Notes: a model not told the origin generated them from the sequence alone. Numbered from the stretch's first letter, positions 1 to 8,661 are shown. The stretch is 64,000 nt of DNA from Vampirovibrionaceae bacterium NZW_1234 (GCA_041697335.1 JBGUGD010000016.1:32001-96000); one strand, 5' to 3'. Numbers and translations are program-made.

Positions 1-566
1 AAATGGTTCATGGCGGGAACCATACCTTGGTCCAACCACATTTCAACAGCCTGCCTGCAAGCACGTAATATGGTTGGGAGCGCTTCCTGCTCCTGAGGTG
101 TAAAATTGGCCAGCACATAGTCAGCCAAATCCCACTGGGGCGGGGCTTCATTGACACCAATTCGCAAGCGCGGAACGGCAGCCGTGCCGGTTCGCCCGAT
201 AACGGATTTCATCCCATTGTGACTGCCTGCGCTGCCATCCGGCCGCAACCGAATTTTACCGAACGGCAAGGCCACATCATCATAGGCCACCAAGACCTGC
301 TCAATTGGAATCTTGAAATAGCCCATGGCCTTGACCAACGCATCACCCGACAGGTTCATGTAGGTCTGGGGTTCCAACAAAATAACTTTCTGACCTTGAA
401 TACGCCCTTGGCCCATCAGGGCGTTCATGGCTTTTTCGGCCTTGAGTGAAATGCCATGGGTCTCAGCCAAGGCATCAATACACATAAATCCAATATTGTG
501 GCGGGTTAATGCATATTTTGCCCCGGGATTTCCCAGACCAACCACGAGAAAGGCAGCATCTGCCAC
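1..566 (-). CDS. pth: Peptidyl-tRNA hydrolase (3' end runs off the window)
   Basis: Manual minus-strand translation from GTG at 566 with GGAGG RBS: VADAAFLVVGLGNPGAKYALTRHNIGF...; ends at ...AMNH at the window edge. Not in the ORF track. Confidence 0.95.
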   Translation of the reverse strand, partial: MADAAFLVVGLGNPGAKYALTRHNIGFMCIDALAETHGISLKAEKAMNALMGQGRIQGQKVILLEPQTYMNLSGDALVKAMGYFKIPIEQVLVAYDDVALPFGKIRLRPDGSAGSHNGMKSVIGRTGTAAVPRLRIGVNEAPPQWDLADYVLANFTPQEQEALPTILRACRQAVEMWLDQGMVPAMNH

Positions 567-832
567 AACGTAAAACCTCCGTACAACTGCACGCTTTAAT
601 CTTATTAGAGACCATGAGCTCTGGCGTGGGTCAAGGACCATGCCCAAGCCATGCTCTGGATGTAACGCAATATAAACCCTTCCACATCCGCCTGATACAA
701 GGACTTGACCGGTATCGAAGAATCTACGGCAGAGGCGTTAGGCAATTTTCACTTATTTTTTGTTTTTATTAGCTTAAGCATTTTTATGCCAGATCGCGGG
801 TCATATCAACGTCGTGTAAGAGGACATTACTG

Positions 833-1648
833 GTGCCTGAGAGCTCACACCAATCGCATACGGGAAGCTTGTTCAATCTGCTCCGTCATCCTTCTTCGGC
901 CATTAATCATGATATGGCTCGGGAAGTGGAAGCCTATTATGCAGGCAATCCCTTGACCTCACCGGTGAAAGTCCTACCCCGGACGCAACCTCAAACCATG
1001 GCCTTGGAAGTGGAAGCTGCGGCATCCGTTAAACCGGTCACAGTGATGTTTGTGGATTTACGCGATTTTACAGCCATGGTGGAACAGTATCCACCCAACC
1101 AGGTGGTGCGCCAGCTGAACGAATATTTCTCCTGTATGACCCGGATCATCGTCAACTATGGCGGCATCCTGGATAAATACATGGGTGATGAAATTATGGC
1201 CTATTTCGAGTGCCATAACCCGCTGGATTACGCCCGTGCGGCTCAGCAAGCGGTAATGGCGTCATTGGAGATGCTATATGCACTAGAACAACTAAATCAG
1301 CAATGGCAACAGCGAGGCTGGCCACCTTTGAAGAGCGGCATTGGCATCAACAGTGGCCCGGTGGTTAAAGGTAATATCGGCTCAATGGTGAAATTGGAAA
1401 CCACCATCATTGGGGATACCGTCAACGTGGCCTCCCGTTTGCAGCATTTGAACAAAGACTTCAATACCCGGCTCTTGATCAGTGCAGCAACCTTTAAGCT
1501 TATCCAAGGACAATTTCCGGTCCGTTCCTTAGGGGATGTGTCGATTCGAGGCCGAAGCAAACCACTTGGCGTCTTTGAAGTAAACCTCGAGACAATCATG
1601 GCTTCACTCGTTCAAAACAGCGTGGACTCTCAAGCCTATTCCGGTTGA
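833..1648 (+). CDS. Class III adenylate/guanylate cyclase, stand-alone catalytic domain
   Basis: Motifs VTVMFVDLRDFT, LDKYMGDEIMA, GIGINSGPVVKGNIG, TIIGDTVNVASRL. Confidence 0.92.
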   Translation: MPESSHQSHTGSLFNLLRHPSSAINHDMAREVEAYYAGNPLTSPVKVLPRTQPQTMALEVEAAASVKPVTVMFVDLRDFTAMVEQYPPNQVVRQLNEYFSCMTRIIVNYGGILDKYMGDEIMAYFECHNPLDYARAAQQAVMASLEMLYALEQLNQQWQQRGWPPLKSGIGINSGPVVKGNIGSMVKLETTIIGDTVNVASRLQHLNKDFNTRLLISAATFKLIQGQFPVRSLGDVSIRGRSKPLGVFEVNLETIMASLVQNSVDSQAYSG

Positions 1649-1745
1649 ACGACAGACGGAGTTGAGCTCCAACGCATTGAGTGGCCATCGTTAAACTGAG
1701 ATATCATCTGAGAACGGGTTGATGAATGGGAGAAAACAGAAGTGA

Positions 1746-2048
1746 CTAACCTGAAATCATACGGGCAAGCTTAAACGCGCCCCATCCCAACAAGACAACC
1801 GGAATAGCCACAGCAATGGCAGCACAACATGCCAAGCCTTTAGCCAAGCCTAAACCACCTGCCAGGACGGCACCCAAGGTTGCCGTGATGGGCTCTAACA
1901 GTTTCGCCTTTTGTGCCGGTGCGGCTTGGGCCGGAGCCGGACCCCCTGTAACTTCAGACTGCTTTTCCTGACGACTTGGACGAGCAGAAAATCGCATGGC
2001 GACGGCATTTTTCTGGCCGGGCAATGCGCCTAAACCGTTTGCTAACAT
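1746..2048 (-). CDS. Small hypothetical protein with hydrophobic C-terminal helices
   Basis: AAGGAG RBS before ATG at 2048 (MLANGLG...); C-terminus LGAVLAGGLGLAKGLACCAAIAVAIPVVLLGWGAF is hydrophobic. Confidence 0.65.
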   Translation of the reverse strand: MLANGLGALPGQKNAVAMRFSARPSRQEKQSEVTGGPAPAQAAPAQKAKLLEPITATLGAVLAGGLGLAKGLACCAAIAVAIPVVLLGWGAFKLARMISG

Positions 2049-2302
2049 GGCTTGTCTCCTTTTGGACGTGTCTTCGTTCAACCGTTATATCATAAATCCG
2101 TGAGGACTCCTGCGAGGGAATCACTCTTATAAGACCCCTCAACTCCCTGAGTTGCTAAAGTATAAAGTTATGTAACACCTGCCGATACCCGCCAAATGAC
2201 TATGTTGGCCCTCCCCAAGTATGGGCGTCAACCCGGGAAGGCCCTGTGTTTTTGGTATACTCATCCGCGTGAAACACACAGCTTGGAGAAAGAAAGCGTT
2301 TT

Positions 2303-3169
2303 ATGCCTGCCACCTTTGCCACCAATGAAGCAAAACTGGTTGCCCTCTCCGTAACCGGGGATATTGCTTCGCCCAGCCTGAAATTGTCCTATCGCATCCA
2401 CCCGGTCAGCGGCGACCCTATTCAATTGCCCAGCGTGGGAGGCATTAGCTACAACGCCAACCTTGGGGATCCGGCCGTAGGCATTATGGCCGATCACATT
2501 GAGCCGGGTGTTTCCATCCGCCACAGCCATGATGCCAGCAATAAGGCCCTAAACACCTTTGCCTGCATCGGCAACGTCGCGAAAGTCATCACGGGCGAAG
2601 GCAAGGGCCTCACGGGGTGGGTGACAGGCAAGCATGGCGGGGTGGAGCATGTCATGATACACCTGCCAAACGTGGCCGACCTGGATCGACTGACCCTGGG
2701 GGATCGCTTTCTTATCAAGGCCCTGGGCACCGGTCTTCAGTTGCCGGATTTTCCGGAAATTACAGTACTCAATACCGATCCGGGCCTACTTGGGCGCCTG
2801 GTGACGCGGGAAGCCGACACCATCGTCTGCCCTGTGACGCATCATGTACCCGCCTATTTGCTCGGAGCCGGGCTGGGCGAAGAAACATGCCATAGCGGGG
2901 ACGTTGACATCCAGCTCTTTGATGATGAGGCCGTCTCTGAATTTCAACTGGACACGTTACGCTTTGGCGATATTGTTGCCATGCTGGACACGGATCATCG
3001 CTACGGACGCATTTATCGTCGAGGCTGGCTCAGCATTGGCGTCATCACCCACAGCTGCTGTGTCCAAGCAGGTCATGGCCCAGGGGTCACAACCATGCTG
3101 ACAGGCCCTGCACATTGCCTCAAAACCGTCCTCACCCCCCAGGCGAACCTGAAACATTATCTGGCCTAA
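2303..3169 (+). CDS. DUF4438-like protein
   Basis: Family-like motifs SVGGISYN..LGD, ADHIEPGVS, FACIGNVA, GKHGG.EHV, AGHGPGVT; recognised from memory. Confidence 0.75.
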   Translation: MPATFATNEAKLVALSVTGDIASPSLKLSYRIHPVSGDPIQLPSVGGISYNANLGDPAVGIMADHIEPGVSIRHSHDASNKALNTFACIGNVAKVITGEGKGLTGWVTGKHGGVEHVMIHLPNVADLDRLTLGDRFLIKALGTGLQLPDFPEITVLNTDPGLLGRLVTREADTIVCPVTHHVPAYLLGAGLGEETCHSGDVDIQLFDDEAVSEFQLDTLRFGDIVAMLDTDHRYGRIYRRGWLSIGVITHSCCVQAGHGPGVTTMLTGPAHCLKTVLTPQANLKHYLA

Positions 3170-3188
3170 GGCTTTCTCGGATAGGGGC

Positions 3189-3225
3189 AAAAAGAAAAAG
3201 GATCCGATGCGAACATCGTGATCCT
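3189..3225 (-). terminator. Rho-independent terminator of the LuxR-family regulator
   Basis: Stem AGGATC-CGATG / CATCG-(T)GATCCT with a TTCG loop on the minus strand, followed by TTTTTCTTTTT. Confidence 0.7.
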
Positions 3226-3273
3226 AATCACCAACCTGAGAAATAGACAAGAAAATTGTGGTGTTACATGCCC

Positions 3274-4002
3274 TTAGACCAGGCCTTCTCGGATGGCTTT
3301 CACAGCCGCCTGAACCCGATCATTGACATAGAGTTTTTGCAAAATATTGCACACGTGAGCTTTTGCCGTATGCACACTGACAATCAGTTCATTGGCAATT
3401 TCCGTATTGCTCATGCCTTCAACCAACAACCGCAACACCTCCATCTCACGCTCGGTGAGTTGGGCTTTATTGGTACTCGACGACTTGACGGCGCTGGCAC
3501 CCGGGGTAGCTTTGCCTTCATTCGGCTTGGGGCAGAGTTTTAAGGCGACCGAGGCAATGGCCGGGTCCAACCAGGCCCCGCCTTCTGCAACAGTTTGAAT
3601 CGCTTCAGCCAGGCGAACCGAATCAATATCTTTTAAGCAATAAGCGTTAGCGCCCGAACCCAAAGCGGAAATCACTTCCTCTTCACGTTCATGGGAGGTT
3701 AAGACAATAACCTTGATATTGGGGTCAAAGGTTTTAATTTGCTGGGTTGCTTCAATCCCATTCATACCCGGCAGACCTAAGTCCATCAGGACTACATCGG
3801 GGCGCAGGCGGCGAATCAGACTCAAACCTTTTTCAGCGTTTTCGGCTTCGCCAATGACTTTGATATTTTCATATTTGCTTAAAAAGGAACGGATCCCGAC
3901 TCGGGTGAGGTTGTAATCTTCAACGATGACCACATTAATTAACCGGTTGGTCATTACAGGAGTGGACGTGGATGTCGGTTGTGTTGCCAAGTTCATATTC
4001 AT
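3274..4002 (-). CDS. NarL/FixJ (LuxR-HTH) family response regulator
   Basis: REC domain (IVED, VLMDLGLP, AYCLK) plus LuxR HTH (LTEREMEVL, SNTEIA, TAKAHVCNILQKL). Confidence 0.95.
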   Translation of the reverse strand: MNMNLATQPTSTSTPVMTNRLINVVIVEDYNLTRVGIRSFLSKYENIKVIGEAENAEKGLSLIRRLRPDVVLMDLGLPGMNGIEATQQIKTFDPNIKVIVLTSHEREEEVISALGSGANAYCLKDIDSVRLAEAIQTVAEGGAWLDPAIASVALKLCPKPNEGKATPGASAVKSSSTNKAQLTEREMEVLRLLVEGMSNTEIANELIVSVHTAKAHVCNILQKLYVNDRVQAAVKAIREGLV

Positions 4003-4907
4003 CGAAATACCCTCTTAATTATGACTCTCTATCAATAGCTAAGGATTATCAAAAAACCGCAGGTGGTTTACATTGGTCTCTTCTTTTATCGTTATTGCCC
4101 ATATTTGGGTCAATAAATTGCGTCAACATTTCACCAAATGGCAGTCATTTGGGCCTAGACCAACCTGGTTGTTCTTATAGGTAGCGGCAGAGCCGTTATA
4201 CCCAACCTCGATTGGTTTTTAGGTCGCCTCTAACGCTTTTGACTAACGCTATTTGGCTATTAGCTTTATACACATTCCATACCTAAGATTCACTAACCCG
4301 ATTGGGCAGTCTTCAAGGATTCCTTTAAAAAACCCTTTTTCAGAGCAAGGTTTCGCCTTGGCAGGCGATTATTTTAGGCACACCTTGCTTAGCATTCCAT
4401 TTTTAAAATTCCCTTATTTTCACAACAAAGGCGCCAAAAGCCTGACTTTTATTAGTATTTTACAAAATACCCAGGCAATTATACGTCTATAATCGTCAAT
4501 CATCGACAATGAATTTCATGAGTATTTGCTAAAAATACGGTTCACAAGGCTTTTCATGATCCACAAAACAATCTTATTCACTGAAGTCCAGGCCATTTCT
4601 AATTCGCTATTGCTCTGATCGGCAATGCTGTAATTGTCGAACCGGCTAAATGACGTCCTCTTAACTTCTTGTTTAAATCCTTCAACGAAACATCTTGGAA
4701 AATAAAATACCCACAGAAACTGGATTAGGGGAAACTTTGATCTGCGCAACAAAGGAGGTGTGATGTTGATTTTGCCATAACCAACACCCTTGGATAGTGG
4801 CAATACCATTTCCGGATAAAACAGTTTTTTTGGTATTTAGCAGTGTTCCTGTCTGGTTTATCAAAGCCTGTTACTCTCAATAATAATTTTAAGAAAGGAT
4901 ACATACT
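4003..4907. promoter_or_regulatory. Long AT-rich divergent regulatory region
   Basis: About 900 bp with no credible CDS between divergent genes; many A/T tracts; AAAGGA RBS before 4908. Confidence 0.6.
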
Positions 4908-6710
4908 ATGGTAAATAAACGCAGTTTATTAGCACTCGCAGTTACTGTTTCATTGGCTGGTGCTTCTGCCGCCGCTTGGGCCGATGTTGAAGACTCCTAT
5001 ATTGATAATTCCCAAGGGCAAAACAACGGCCAAGTGGATTCCTTCAATGACAATTCCAAAGGCCAAAACAACGGCGTTGTCGACAGCAGCGACAACAGCA
5101 TCAGCGACTCCGCCAATGGCAACACCATCGGTAACACCAAAACCGATTCTAGCGCCAACGATTCCTTCAACGACAATTCCGAAGGACAAAACAATGGCCA
5201 AGTCGATTCTTTCAACTCTTACTCCGATGCCAGCGTGAATGACAGCGGCAATACCGATGCCAGTATCAATGACAGCGGCAATGGCAATACCATTGGCAAT
5301 ACCAAAACCGATGCCAGCATCAACGATTCCTTCAACGACAATTCCCACGGCCAGAACAACGGCGTTGTCGACAGCAGCGATAACAGCGTGAATGACAGTG
5401 GAAACACCGATGCCAGCGCCAACGATTCGTTCAATGACAACTCTCAAGGGCAAAACAATGGCCAGGTAGATTCCTTCAACACCGATGCCAGTGTTAACGA
5501 TTCTGGTAATACCTATGCCAGCGTCAGCGATTCCGGCAACACCGACAATAGCGTGAATGACAGTGGCAACGGCAACAGCATCGGCAACACCAAAACCGAT
5601 GCCAGCGTCAACGATTCCTTCAACGACAATTCCCACGGCCAAAACAACGGTGTTGTGGACAATAGCGACAACAGCGTGAATGACAGCGGCAACACCGATG
5701 CCAGCATCAACGATTCGGGCAACGGCAACGTGATCGGCAACACCGATGCCAGCGTCAATGACAGCGGTAATGGCAACAGCATCGGCAACACCAAAACCGA
5801 TACCAACGCCAGTATCAACGATTCGTTCAACGACAACTCCCAAGGCCAGAACAACGGCTTGGTGGATTCCGCGAACACCTACACCGAAACCAAAACCAAC
5901 ACCGACGCCAGCATCAACGATTCCGGTAACACCGATGCCAGCGTAAACCACTCCTTCAATGACAACTCCCAAGGCCAGAACAACGGCTTAGTGGATTCCG
6001 CAAACACCGACAACAGCGTCAACGATTCCGGCAACGGTAACGTGATTGGCAACACGGACGCCAGTGTGACCGACTCCGGTAACACCGACGCCAGCGTGAA
6101 CCACTCCTTCAACGACAACTCCCAAGGCCAGAACAACGGCTTAGTGGATTCCGCGAACACCTACACCGAAACCAAAACCGACAACAGCATCAACGATTCT
6201 TTCAACACCGATGCTAGCGTCAACGACTCCGGCAATGGCAACGTCATTGGCAACACGGACAACAGCATCAACGATTCCTTCAATGACAACTCCCATGGCC
6301 AAAACAACGGCACCATCACCCACGATTCCTTCAAAAACTACGACACGAACAACCAGACCGGGATGTTCAACATGGATGACGGCGCTGCTGCCGCTGTGGG
6401 CAACGCAGCTGATCGTGACGCCACTATCAACGATGGTGATGTCCTGGGTGCTTTAGGTTCTACCGTAGTGACCGGCCAAGCTTATGACTCCGTCATTGGC
6501 ACCGGCAACATCCTGTCGAGCGGCGGTTCCGTGTTAAACGGCGACGGCATCATGGGCAACATCGACACCGCAATCATCGGCGGCTCTGGCGATGTGTTCA
6601 AGCAAGTCGGCGTGGGTATCGGTGGCGATGTGAGCGACAGCAACGTCAACAACTCGCAAACCACCGTGGTCACCGGCAACAACCAAAACGTGACCCAAAT
6701 CGGTCAATAA
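4908..6710 (+). CDS. Secreted Asn/Asp/Ser-rich modular repeat protein (putative beta-solenoid or amyloid-like fibre subunit)
   Basis: Sec signal MVNKRSLLALAVTVSLAGASAAAWA; 10 copies of DNSxGQNNG and many D(A/N)S(V/I)NDS(G/F)N units; no Pro or Cys. Confidence 0.85.
   Translation: MVNKRSLLALAVTVSLAGASAAAWADVEDSYIDNSQGQNNGQVDSFNDNSKGQNNGVVDSSDNSISDSANGNTIGNTKTDSSANDSFNDNSEGQNNGQVDSFNSYSDASVNDSGNTDASINDSGNGNTIGNTKTDASINDSFNDNSHGQNNGVVDSSDNSVNDSGNTDASANDSFNDNSQGQNNGQVDSFNTDASVNDSGNTYASVSDSGNTDNSVNDSGNGNSIGNTKTDASVNDSFNDNSHGQNNGVVDNSDNSVNDSGNTDASINDSGNGNVIGNTDASVNDSGNGNSIGNTKTDTNASINDSFNDNSQGQNNGLVDSANTYTETKTNTDASINDSGNTDASVNHSFNDNSQGQNNGLVDSANTDNSVNDSGNGNVIGNTDASVTDSGNTDASVNHSFNDNSQGQNNGLVDSANTYTETKTDNSINDSFNTDASVNDSGNGNVIGNTDNSINDSFNDNSHGQNNGTITHDSFKNYDTNNQTGMFNMDDGAAAAVGNAADRDATINDGDVLGALGSTVVTGQAYDSVIGTGNILSSGGSVLNGDGIMGNIDTAIIGGSGDVFKQVGVGIGGDVSDSNVNNSQTTVVTGNNQNVTQIGQ
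4995..6310 (+). repeat. Coding tandem/modular repeats inside the secreted protein
   Basis: Recurring DNA units such as AACGATTCCTTCAACGACAATTCC, GGCCAGAACAACGGC and ACCGATGCCAGC. Confidence 0.9.
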
Positions 6711-6722
6711 TCCTTGTTTCAC

Positions 6723-6754
6723 AGGTCCGGATCTCATGGATGGGATCCGGACCT
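6723..6754 (+). terminator. Strong intergenic hairpin (terminator or mRNA-stabilising stem-loop)
   Basis: AGGTCCGGATCTCA-TGGA-TGGGATCCGGACCT followed by only a short TT tract. Confidence 0.65.
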
Positions 6755-6852
6755 TTCCCCCTCCCTGAGAACATTCGCAACAAAGGAACATCCATCAAGC
6801 GTTCGATAAGCCAACCAATCATCAGCGCATCAGCCAGCAAAAGGAGCGGCGT

Positions 6853-8151
6853 ATGACACAGCAGCAAACGTATTTTAAGGGACCGTTTCGAACCGTAAAT
6901 CGTTTTTTGACCTTTGGATTTCTGGTAGGAACCGTGTGGATGAGCGGGAACCAAGCCGGTTATGCCTTTGAACTCGACAATGTCAATTCCATGGGCGGTC
7001 ACATGTCTCAAACCTTCACCGACAGTTTCGGCCTTACATCCGTGATGGGTACCACCGGCGCTAATTTCGGCTCAGGCAGCTCTTTGGGCACAGGTATCAA
7101 TATGGGATCGGGGCTCAATACCGGCAGCGGCACCAATATGGGCTCCGGCATCAACACCAATTCGGGCGTCAATGCCGGTAGCGGCACAAATAATGGTACT
7201 GGTGTCAATCTGGGGGGCGGTATTTTAGGCGATGTCAACAATGCCATTGTCAACCCTTCGCCTAATGGCAACAGCCAGGTTTCTAACGGAGTCGGCGTGG
7301 CCATTAACGGCAACACCGACGGCTCTTTAGTCAACAACACACAAAACAATCTGTCCACGGGGAGCAACACCAACTACAACCAAATCGTCAATCCAAATAC
7401 GTCCAATTCCAACGGGGGAAATGCGGTGCTGATGTTGCCTCGAAACCCGTTGCCTTTGGGGAATGCCGGGTTGGGCCGCTCGAATTTCGGACTTCAGTTT
7501 GGGCTTCAAAACAACCCCATTTTAAGCGGTCTGGGTCGGGGCGGCGGCAATGCGCTGGGCTGGTTTATGCAAGCCGGTTTAACGATTCCCTTCGGAAAGA
7601 TCCCCGATATTTATCGCAACCAGGCCTCTCAGCCCTCTCTGGATACGGATGTGCGCCAAGCCCGTCAAGAGCAGCAGCGTAACCTTTTTAATCCCGGGGG
7701 CCCCAATAATTCCATGCAACCGGGAAGCATCAAAACCAACGTCAACGGTCGCATCATGAGTATGGGGGCGTATAATTATGCCACCATTCCCAACACGAAA
7801 ATTCCATTGCCCGACAACTTAAGCGGGGCTGTCAGCGATCTTAAACTCCAGTCACCTAAAATCGTGGCGCTCACCAGTGCCGAAGTTTACAGCAAGCCGC
7901 TCAACGTCGGGGAAAAAATTGGGACCGTCGAAGTGGGTAACGAATACGCCTATCTGGGACATACCAAATCGGGCTGGGTTAAGCTCCTGATGCCCAACGG
8001 CAAGGAAGGCTGGACCAGTACCACATTTGAATACCTGAAGAACGATTACACCGAGATTGATGATCTGGCACTCTCGGTCCCCAGCGTCAAACGGGAAAAA
8101 ACAGCGTTTAAACCGGAACAAAAACACCCGGCTCAAAAACGGGCCCAATAA
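6853..8151 (+). CDS. Exported protein with Gly/Asn hexapeptide repeats, a module shared with the upstream repeat protein, a beta-hairpin and a C-terminal SH3-like domain
   Basis: AAGGAG RBS; hydrophobic segment ending in AGYA; G(S/T)GxNx repeats; SH3b-like VYSKP...KIGTV..G...GWVKL.MPNGKEGW. Confidence 0.75.
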   Translation: MTQQQTYFKGPFRTVNRFLTFGFLVGTVWMSGNQAGYAFELDNVNSMGGHMSQTFTDSFGLTSVMGTTGANFGSGSSLGTGINMGSGLNTGSGTNMGSGINTNSGVNAGSGTNNGTGVNLGGGILGDVNNAIVNPSPNGNSQVSNGVGVAINGNTDGSLVNNTQNNLSTGSNTNYNQIVNPNTSNSNGGNAVLMLPRNPLPLGNAGLGRSNFGLQFGLQNNPILSGLGRGGGNALGWFMQAGLTIPFGKIPDIYRNQASQPSLDTDVRQARQEQQRNLFNPGGPNNSMQPGSIKTNVNGRIMSMGAYNYATIPNTKIPLPDNLSGAVSDLKLQSPKIVALTSAEVYSKPLNVGEKIGTVEVGNEYAYLGHTKSGWVKLLMPNGKEGWTSTTFEYLKNDYTEIDDLALSVPSVKREKTAFKPEQKHPAQKRAQ

Positions 8152-8175
8152 CATACAACCTGATGAGATGCCGCT

Positions 8176-8661
8176 ATGGATCACCCGAAATCTGTCACCA
8201 TCACCATTCATCCCTGGAAAAAAGCCGTCACCTGGATTTTATCGTCATGGGTGATCCTGGCGGCCTGTTTGATCCTACTCTGTCCCGTGGCGCATGCCCG
8301 ATCAGCGGCGACACCCTGGACCATGGATCAGACCTTTCAGAATCTCGTCTACGGGGCCTCCACACCTCCGGAGGTGGTTCGCATTGTCGGCCGCTATCCC
8401 GATGAAATTGTCAAAGCCGATCAGATGGCCCCGGCGATTTTAAATTATTATTATTTCGATGAACAGAACCGGGCCACGGTGTTTGTCTTTGAAAATAATT
8501 TCCTGGTGGCCCTGTTGTACCGTTCCGCATCGGATCAATACGTGGATTTGACGTCGTTTTTACCCAATGTTGGCGATCGCATGATCAATTCTCAGATATT
8601 GGGTAACACCATGGGCTATTTCCCCAACCTGCCCATGTTCAATCCATTCATGATGCCCTAA
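8176..8661 (+). CDS. Small exported protein, possibly BamE/SmpA-like fold
   Basis: Signal peptide ending in AHA; pattern GASTPPEVVRIVG.P...YYY...VFVFENN.LV. Confidence 0.6.
   Translation: MDHPKSVTITIHPWKKAVTWILSSWVILAACLILLCPVAHARSAATPWTMDQTFQNLVYGASTPPEVVRIVGRYPDEIVKADQMAPAILNYYYFDEQNRATVFVFENNFLVALLYRSASDQYVDLTSFLPNVGDRMINSQILGNTMGYFPNLPMFNPFMMP

Noticed and set aside
2163..2188. Sigma-28-like promoter TAAA...GCCGATA upstream of the DUF4438 gene
   Set aside because: The spacer is 14 nt rather than 15 and there is a single instance; it cannot be distinguished from chance.
4110..4200. Possible c-di-GMP-I riboswitch fragments (GGCCTA...GGTAGCGG; GACGCAA on the other strand)
   Set aside because: The elements are on different strands and the P1/P2 pairing could not be built; an Infernal scan would be needed.
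4995..6310. Repeats as a possible CRISPR array
   Set aside because: The repeats are in-frame, vary at synonymous positions, lack unique spacers and lie inside a signal-peptide ORF; no cas genes are in the window.
4950..6323. Long antisense ORFs over the repeat gene (e.g. 340 aa at 4950-5972)
   Set aside because: Shadow frames produced by the repetitive, biased codons of the plus-strand gene.
4908..6710. Calling gene 1 csgA/fapC, an ice-nucleation protein or an RTX protein
   Set aside because: It lacks the curlin QxGxxN...Q periodicity, the Fap repeat consensus, AGYGST octamers and GGxGxD nonamers.
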